Source: a virus. From it: 64,000 nt of DNA. The notes under the pieces are model-generated. The model saw only the letters and a list, made by a program, of their open reading frames with translations. It had not been told where the DNA came from and searched no databases. Both the position numbers and the translations under genes were made by a program. The DNA lies in the IMG/VR virus record IMGVR_UViG_3300027798_000017, positions 59,253 through 123,252 of that record. One strand, 5' to 3'. Of this stretch, positions 60,201 to 64,000 are shown piece by piece. Each line of letters begins with the position of its first letter. Within the stretch, counting starts at the first letter, position 1.

Positions 60201-63200
60201 ATTATGTCACGCATTGAAGTTGCATCAATGCCAAACTGAGGTAAGTTTTCTGCCAACCACTCTGCTTCAGATGCTATATCTTCTTTTGTTGCTACTTCAA
60301 AATCTGAATCAAGAGTAATAGAAAATGGTGGTATATCAATAACATCATCATCCTCACTTTCTGCTTCATCAGTATTATCTTGTTTTGTTACATCTTCTTT
60401 ACCTGTATCACTTAATGGAAGTGGAGCATCAGTTGGATTCTCTGGTGTAATTTTTACTGGAGCATTTTCCTTTTCTGCTACTTCATTTATAATATCCTTT
60501 TCTGCTTGAGTATGATCCATGTTCTCAGTAGCTTCATCAGCTTTTGCAACATTTACTGCAGACTTTGCAACAAGTTTAAAAGAACGTCTACCTGATGACT
60601 CAAGTATCTTTACATTTTTTAAAGATTTGTTGTAAGTTGAGCGAGCGTTATATGGATCACCTGCATTATCTGGAGATACAATATTTAGTATTTGTCTACC
60701 TTCAGCATTTTCATATGCAAATAAGTTATCTACTGTAAAGTTTTCTGCAAAGTCTTCTTTCAATGCTTCAAGAAATTCATCAAAAACACCCTTTCCAGTT
60801 TGTTCATTTGTTGGATTTTCTTTAAAACGTTTTGTCACAGTATCCATTACAAGAGTTGTAAAGTTGTTCTGAGCATCTACTACGTTTTTAGCTAATTCTT
60901 TTACACTGTCAGGTGTTGTAGGCAATTGTGCCAAATCATAAACAGCAGTATAAAACTCAAGAAGTTGTTCTGGATTGTTTAAATCTAAACTAGCCAATGA
61001 TGGAACTTCCATCTTTACACGCTGTACAGTTGCACCTTCTTTTAGTGCTTTAGCTAACTTGTTGATTTCAGCTTCTGGAAGCACAATGTTATATGCAGCC
61101 TTTGTACCAGAATCTACAATAATTTTTTGATACTTTTCTCTTGCTGCACCTTTACTAAATGGACGTATTTCAATTTGTAATTGACTTTGTTTTAATGGTG
61201 AGCCTTTAACAGTCATTGGAGCAGATACTGCAAATCCAATACTTAACGCCATACCTTTGCCACCTTTTACTGCTATAGGTTGGAATTGATACGTGTTGCG
61301 ATCCATTTGTTCAACAGCCTTACCCTTTGTCTTACCAGTAGACTGATTACTAATAACATCAGATACAATTGTAATAAACTTTGCAAAGAATTCTGGATTT
61401 TCTAATTGCCATACAGATTGAGCTATTGCATACGTTATTGTACCATCTGCTCTAAACTTGATAACAAAGTTTGGAGTTTTGTTTGCTTTATACGTATCTT
61501 GTCCATTATTTATAAGACTAAGCAAACGTTCATCTTCAGCCTTAAACATTTCTCTAATCTGTGGCTCAAGATTCATTTGATTTGAATACTCTATCTCAGT
61601 TAAATACACAGCCTTTCCATCAGGAGTTTTTACCTGAATACGCTCATTACCAGATAATAACTTTACTTGTTTGTAGATTATTGATTTCATTTTATAATCA
61701 ACAACCTTTGTATAGTAAAATGGTAATTTGCGTTCTTCTTCTATGGTTATTTCACCATTTGAATTTAAAGTTACAACTGTAACAACCTTACTCATTTGAG
61801 GATTTTTTTCTATTATTTCCTTAAGTGATGTTTTTACAGGAGTTGTTGATCTTGAATTTGTAAAATCATACATCTGCATAAATTCATCAGTAACTTCTAC
61901 TGATGTACCTGAAGCAAATGCATTTTTTATTTTATATGAAATCTTATCTTTAAATTCTTGAAACAATTTCTGAGAAGCAACAAGAGATGTAATATCTGAT
62001 TCTTGCATGTTTTCAGTAACAGCTCCAGTTCTTTTTAAAGACAATGCTTTTAAAAGTTCTAAATGTCCTGGGTTGGACATGTCAAGTCTTTCTGTTGTAT
62101 TATCTGCTGAGACAAATACAAAGTTGTCCATTGAATAAATATGAAACTTTGAACCAGTAGAAAGTATCTCTCCAACTAATGCAAAGTCCTGCTCACTAGC
62201 TTTTGGACGTGACACAGTTAATACTTTTGCATTTGGATCAGACTCAAGTTGTGCAACCTGAGTTGAGTTCTCAAATGTTTCATGATTTCTATTTATTAAT
62301 CCAGCTTTCTGAGGATCATCATTTGCTACTTCTTTCATACGAGCAACACGCATATCACCAAGTTCACTTAATCTTACAGCAGTTATCTTTACACCTGAAG
62401 AAGGTGACGCCATTTTATTTAATTCAGTAGTAACAACTTCTTGTTCAGCTGGATCAATTGCACTTATAGATAATCCTGATAAAAGAAAATCTTCTTTGAA
62501 AACTTGCTTACCATCATTTGAGTCTGAAAAATCTGCAGGACGTGCATCTTTTTTGTTAATGACATCTGTCATATCTAGTTCAACAACTGAACTATCATCT
62601 TCAACTTGAAACAAAACACCATCAACTCCTAAAACTTCAATCATACGCCCATCGCTAAATGTCACAAGAACATTAGAAAGCTCTGCTTCTTCAGCTATTG
62701 AGTTTATTGATATATAAGATGACTTTGGTTGTAACGTGTCTATAAAACTATCTATCTGATTAAACAACACTTGTTTATATGCAGTGTCTACATTAGATAA
62801 GTTTGTGATAACATCTTTTAATGCACCACGTATTTGATCTATTGCTTCAGTTTTATCATCAATAGTTTCAAATTTATGAGTGTTAATATAATTTTTAAGC
62901 AACGTAAGAGTTGGAATTATATCCTGTGGTGTAATCAATCTTTGATTTGCAAGTTTATCTATTGCAGTTGATACACCTTCAAAAGTTTGCAATCTTGGTT
63001 TTTTAATTTCAAGAATAACAAATGCATTTTTTACATAGTCCTTAGTATCATCAATTTTTGTGACAAGGTTGATAATATCAACACCCTTGCCAATTGTATA
63101 TTTTGTTTCATCTAAACCAGAAAGCCCATTGTAAATATGAGCCATGTTATGTAGAGCTAATTTCTTTTGCTCATCTGTTAAATCTGCTTCAAGAATAAAC

Positions 63201-63298
63201 TTTGCAGCATTGTCAAAGTTTCTATATATTTCTGGATTTAACTTAATTAAGTTTTCTACTACAGGTATATATTGTTCAGTAGTTAATGCACATGCCAT
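51239..63298 (-). CDS. Virion RNA polymerase polyprotein (4019 aa), crAss-like two-barrel type, with zincin-like domain
   Basis: Catalytic GSDFDIDSL (about 55043-55057), upstream TRIPT, DGQS, KR..K; HEAFH...EEILAD.F zincin motif (60092-60106); ADGAKDP. Confidence 0.92.
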   Translation of the reverse strand: MACALTTEQYIPVVENLIKLNPEIYRNFDNAAKFILEADLTDEQKKLALHNMAHIYNGLSGLDETKYTIGKGVDIINLVTKIDDTKDYVKNAFVILEIKKPRLQTFEGVSTAIDKLANQRLITPQDIIPTLTLLKNYINTHKFETIDDKTEAIDQIRGALKDVITNLSNVDTAYKQVLFNQIDSFIDTLQPKSSYISINSIAEEAELSNVLVTFSDGRMIEVLGVDGVLFQVEDDSSVVELDMTDVINKKDARPADFSDSNDGKQVFKEDFLLSGLSISAIDPAEQEVVTTELNKMASPSSGVKITAVRLSELGDMRVARMKEVANDDPQKAGLINRNHETFENSTQVAQLESDPNAKVLTVSRPKASEQDFALVGEILSTGSKFHIYSMDNFVFVSADNTTERLDMSNPGHLELLKALSLKRTGAVTENMQESDITSLVASQKLFQEFKDKISYKIKNAFASGTSVEVTDEFMQMYDFTNSRSTTPVKTSLKEIIEKNPQMSKVVTVVTLNSNGEITIEEERKLPFYYTKVVDYKMKSIIYKQVKLLSGNERIQVKTPDGKAVYLTEIEYSNQMNLEPQIREMFKAEDERLLSLINNGQDTYKANKTPNFVIKFRADGTITYAIAQSVWQLENPEFFAKFITIVSDVISNQSTGKTKGKAVEQMDRNTYQFQPIAVKGGKGMALSIGFAVSAPMTVKGSPLKQSQLQIEIRPFSKGAAREKYQKIIVDSGTKAAYNIVLPEAEINKLAKALKEGATVQRVKMEVPSLASLDLNNPEQLLEFYTAVYDLAQLPTTPDSVKELAKNVVDAQNNFTTLVMDTVTKRFKENPTNEQTGKGVFDEFLEALKEDFAENFTVDNLFAYENAEGRQILNIVSPDNAGDPYNARSTYNKSLKNVKILESSGRRSFKLVAKSAVNVAKADEATENMDHTQAEKDIINEVAEKENAPVKITPENPTDAPLPLSDTGKEDVTKQDNTDEAESEDDDVIDIPPFSITLDSDFEVATKEDIASEAEWLAENLPQFGIDATSMRDIINLARIDGTVLGMFKDKVIYLNDVVTAKGTVFHEAFHGVFRYLLSENERKALIKQVMDDPKHSAKFSAENVKEFARVRNMSVTNYDTLVELIAEEILADGFQNYMGKERKTAPKTAMQKFFDMLKKLINFFVRNKNEIDYVYGRVKRGYYKTASIKSNIYNGQVAYELIPGLKQFYLNEEGNVARAKSVLSPGEQDQLINMVVGVMFQDNVQSDTFDIRFQRAVDKVLNEVYSMEKLVAQNPEKRDLIEQKYSQIISTYRFILGGRMKGLNVNDINLTGDIKFDNKSEKNGESLINGETIDNTMGQYSFEVLSRLTKDKYDKANSVKIQRDNDEFTLDTDEIENTFTGENANEVQDDERVSAKEEVENNDFDSGMGEQNRMDSYVSQIRRFFSTLRSDEFDAETGVNFPRMIDGQVLFPTLLKITASVQPKNIIDTIGIMSEQMIKDGFEAVGKDLKIIYDEIQTRTKADSQGVAQTNKQLLNLITEVLHGVELNYVMFNVASPKKVVIDEVQGGNIESALQEKDVTFRMFDKVMDADITKKRNDIVANFIKKHSTEASTQEFKDAVQFLKTFGTTFMSTPDILSSQFGQTLKLEQLTNQVHNALTTIGMTVPRSLVELSILAMNAEENKVTNDVDLKIQKFYDINESFVKQQQYLEKDFFRSLVAILDSAYLESGAPNSRIRNILDDDKTKNKDAKRLLVILKKASAYAVKYDPTDIPSVIKNAEGKSIFRFAKYNPLIMLGQRLQTMTLEEALADDPYYENTLRTFLEDNVLLGGLLKGEVNKDTEKINLFLQNFTVAMFGGVQQRIGDVAKKGQTFKSVDERSLHMLQILAFMDRKTTANKAGTEVTTYFRSFHQLEATSTNFLISALYEPFTSKDKKETNDRGQILYQGKHLKIVEDLVGIVGQEYNRMSREWARRLDLKRDYESGKSNELVNKYNAVLEDDGVTINVDSKDLRAYKFNILSDFFENDENASLNEDLIDLAKNQVPFNEIDPKDLLEALDEYARKEFQAYLDTLEKLGAITKVSIPVGKEIVDPRPGAKVKFPTQYYTSDMLPKTISQGYAASDKTKISDAYNQPYGAKADSALDPIENLLFDMFMGNWRNSLHLNQLMDGDMALNVKNAQDYVKRLKKIVASGSNMKDGTHRVAYMNTITGFIHEQMPQYGPYYSSGEIISDFTIPSELVREQLLEGYEKAIDGVKESINGSTVKWADMMREVFDGQSISTLMHQMDMHDTLGRLDERGMYILIAKHYRALTEQETKYLESMKIVNNAKKTITADRNIYHKLSEGYIDRTDVSTLIIKPNTDESVADATARVYDELHGLYMQAYDLRKDRELASTEADTINETARINTEIENVYKSIHEYYEPMPHRKILHDILSSMEIFQIDQLMDTTSSKNATLLPLDVMKAERTESGYINFRMAALDVPNSAKYLQVETSGVKDKAKHSVQAKMLLPANIAEDQFREVIEIEARKAGDILTEDDILSIENVKRSLNDYQLSLRKSTKARLLYFTEVLRKGDDFELGKIFTMIRESLQLQSAPKNILDMFAVKPDGKPVFSPNLSLIRTTLEYYMIAQYSKNVTDEKVSGFKNFHESSFGYNVLVDPATNQVITTEEYAANPEAFKDRKLRSRPLGVSIETQADGSKIYFVEAIIPKPFFENQQQEAFYKQNLTKMFATRIPTEDKRSMIVIKVVDYVDSSKMNNIIVPHFVHLLSGSDFDIDSLFGRMMSYYKNGKGNYNLYGDYSQYKDIDTGQFIEFMHYMSKHEDIGPLIKQRKKELIEQGTIEMPMGGALFEIIENLGFTIEDLTEHFDQKIVKSKYTDQKDFTSYMFELTKESKDFYVNAKELAEQNPENRELAKTRNAYGRELGDLKAIRKQSVDEQRVLKEKMRYIDTMFEYQSIMDVLAKFNMPSNVSQFNARPAFSEMVSPKFQNQNLAASIKILGNEAVFKYLYINQRSSTQEFKDILERFGIDLKTISKKSNLFTPTSMIESKVENNMNKDGIGRTAVMNKFLSLASQYNLKLSDKGIVWAYQKLDKSIVLKDTFGQLNENEDRVIAIIGNILGMFADGAKDPIPSALQMNEINASTTLAMIGVGLDPDFAVAFNFLPEVRKAALAVQQSQFALSEDLEQDYLFYNQAIKNQLSDLIEENEDAFNKLKSAGFFTSKSFKDFAVMDDPLAVRIGFEAQKLNIYALKNNELTPSSIGFEMVYDKTNEMLTEAEMKMVLLTFYAKQAQQTWAINRAASITNLFKRLNPSLVAFDKMRDNITELIEDEKLFTKESAAKLFEDDQVWSILKDALDDANEQFSKIFLERTPFFKPITNAFKGYFEDPKTVANTLTSFLSLNKFKMTFPASRTSDNEYVQSIYDKDDEMILKTFSPEYWFTNDLFAQVEKFREKYPKNEFLKLLRSADSKNTATVIYNGKSYQGINERFISMISKAKVKGDYAGKVADAIAQLYNSGMVEERQFIKNLFYHDVVRTGLQHKEGSFIGLMPAELLIPLSGYIQEFIDGIQNVTTSPNFEEAFENFIKAYTGETTDTGVVTFFDEMFTQLAYAASSENNNQKIPKFKNKGKDGKMNTRSVVFSVNFKKPQFSKPLVKAFLDQSVTPDSESLTTAKVKAINFTLDALDLQLPESIDLAKTDVINIADALTDEFTIRLSNKNEKANVTLGKMFGVVKDMSEPDSSEYVFPSILRIGIKTFVLQGVDGNAAGGKSIGSNLYDSIVGKTTLTNVGTYAKYSVIPDQYASEALSPIAFTTENANAYKRYIDKKEAIVFNTNIIDTAKKDEKISTTVNENVKIPDDLKDPTENVIIEQDPSKDQLEKNAGDIVDGISSEKGASKSQIEFGNDLLDQLLKNVMGEGTSNVSEVPKLQRGRYVKYNGETYIVTKQNEDGTWQIYNPLLEGAKAKISVAETNMKTLEMIAKIIEYKDSEYIVTSKNTIISLTTNKKMMWGENDGNRKAILGLAGQNKTIIKPTNRPSIDPTDENNC

Positions 63299-63309
63299 TT
63301 CTTAAGAGT

Positions 63310-64000
63310 TTATTTAAAACAAGAATTTATCTTTCTCAATTGGTCAAGGACTGTATCTTCAGACACTTGTTCCTCACTAACAAATTTACTATTTTTTTGT
63401 GACATAGCCTGAGCAACTCTTACTGATGATTCATTAATTGCAGTTAATCTGGCAGCAGATAGTTCTTCTTTAGCTTTAGTAATATTAGCATCAATTTCTG
63501 TTGTGTCTACTTTAACGAGTGTTGCAGTTGTAGATCCTACTTTATTATTTATTGTATTTGAATTAGCATAAAATACCTCTGCTTTTTTTTCAACTACAAA
63601 TCCATCACCTTCTTTTTTTAAAATTCCAGGTTTTACAGTTACAATAATATTATTAGATCCTTGTGGATTTAACTCTTGAGTTACTGGTTTTATAAATCTT
63701 ATTGAATTACTAAGCATTCTATCAGATGAACTATCAGGTAGTATCCTGTATTCAAATTTACCATTACCTATTGGCCTTATTTCATACATACTACCACCTT
63801 TAATCAATTTAGTATCCAATTCACCAAATTTATTTTCACCAAGAGGCATAGATAAATAACCACTAGTATCTGGCCACTTCTCATTAATTAATTCTTGATA
63901 TGTTTTTCCAGTGGTTGATTGAGTAGGTTGAGCTTTTAATAAGTCTTGTTTTTGTTTTTCTAAAGATTCTATCTCAGCTTGTTTTCTTTTTAAATCAGCT
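63310..64000 (-). CDS. C-terminal part of another cargo-locus protein (start lies beyond the window)
   Basis: Frame stays open from 63849 to the window end (ADLKRKQAEIESLEKQ...); ends KINSCFK. Confidence 0.8.
   Translation of the reverse strand, partial: ADLKRKQAEIESLEKQKQDLLKAQPTQSTTGKTYQELINEKWPDTSGYLSMPLGENKFGELDTKLIKGGSMYEIRPIGNGKFEYRILPDSSSDRMLSNSIRFIKPVTQELNPQGSNNIIVTVKPGILKKEGDGFVVEKKAEVFYANSNTINNKVGSTTATLVKVDTTEIDANITKAKEELSAARLTAINESSVRVAQAMSQKNSKFVSEEQVSEDTVLDQLRKINSCFK

Noticed and set aside
45981-62430. Short plus-strand ORFs within the giant genes
   Set aside because: Antisense or alternate-frame artefacts with no motifs or start context
1-64000. Stop-codon reassignment as in some crAss-like phages
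   Set aside because: Long genes are uninterrupted in the standard code, and TAA, TAG and TGA all occur as real stops in coupled junctions
1-64000. CRISPR array, diversity-generating retroelement, integrase or canonical tRNA genes
   Set aside because: No regularly spaced repeats, reverse transcriptase, recombinase or complete cloverleaf with a TTC loop was seen by eye

Overview
This window is part of a lytic Bacteroidota (probably Flavobacteriia-like) phage of the crAss-like/Crassvirales type, read with the standard genetic code. Layout: (i) 1-733, a partial minus-strand virion-type gene; (ii) about 840-20330, a plus-strand early/accessory region of many small ORFs, repeated upstream motifs, two large structured intergenic regions (one containing a twister-like ribozyme), a MoxR AAA+/vWA pair and a tightly coupled four-gene cassette of unknown function; (iii) about 20470-34800, a replication/nucleotide module (dUTPase, HNH, SF2 helicase, UDG, DnaB-like helicase, AAA ATPase, SSB-like protein, primase, GIY-YIG, PD-(D/E)xK nuclease, family B DNA polymerase); (iv) a minus-strand lysis cassette, then a class II ribonucleotide reductase; (v) minus-strand tail fibre genes and giant virion cargo proteins, including a 4019-aa virion RNA polymerase with a DFDID motif. 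The most striking unexplained pattern is in the four consecutive cargo/RNAP genes (about 6,470 visible residues). By manual scan they contain only six cysteines, all within five residues of a protein terminus and placed so that each C-terminal Cys faces the N-terminal Cys of the next gene product. This suggests a covalent head-to-tail chain of ejected proteins. All family assignments come from motif recognition by eye; no database search or folding program was run.
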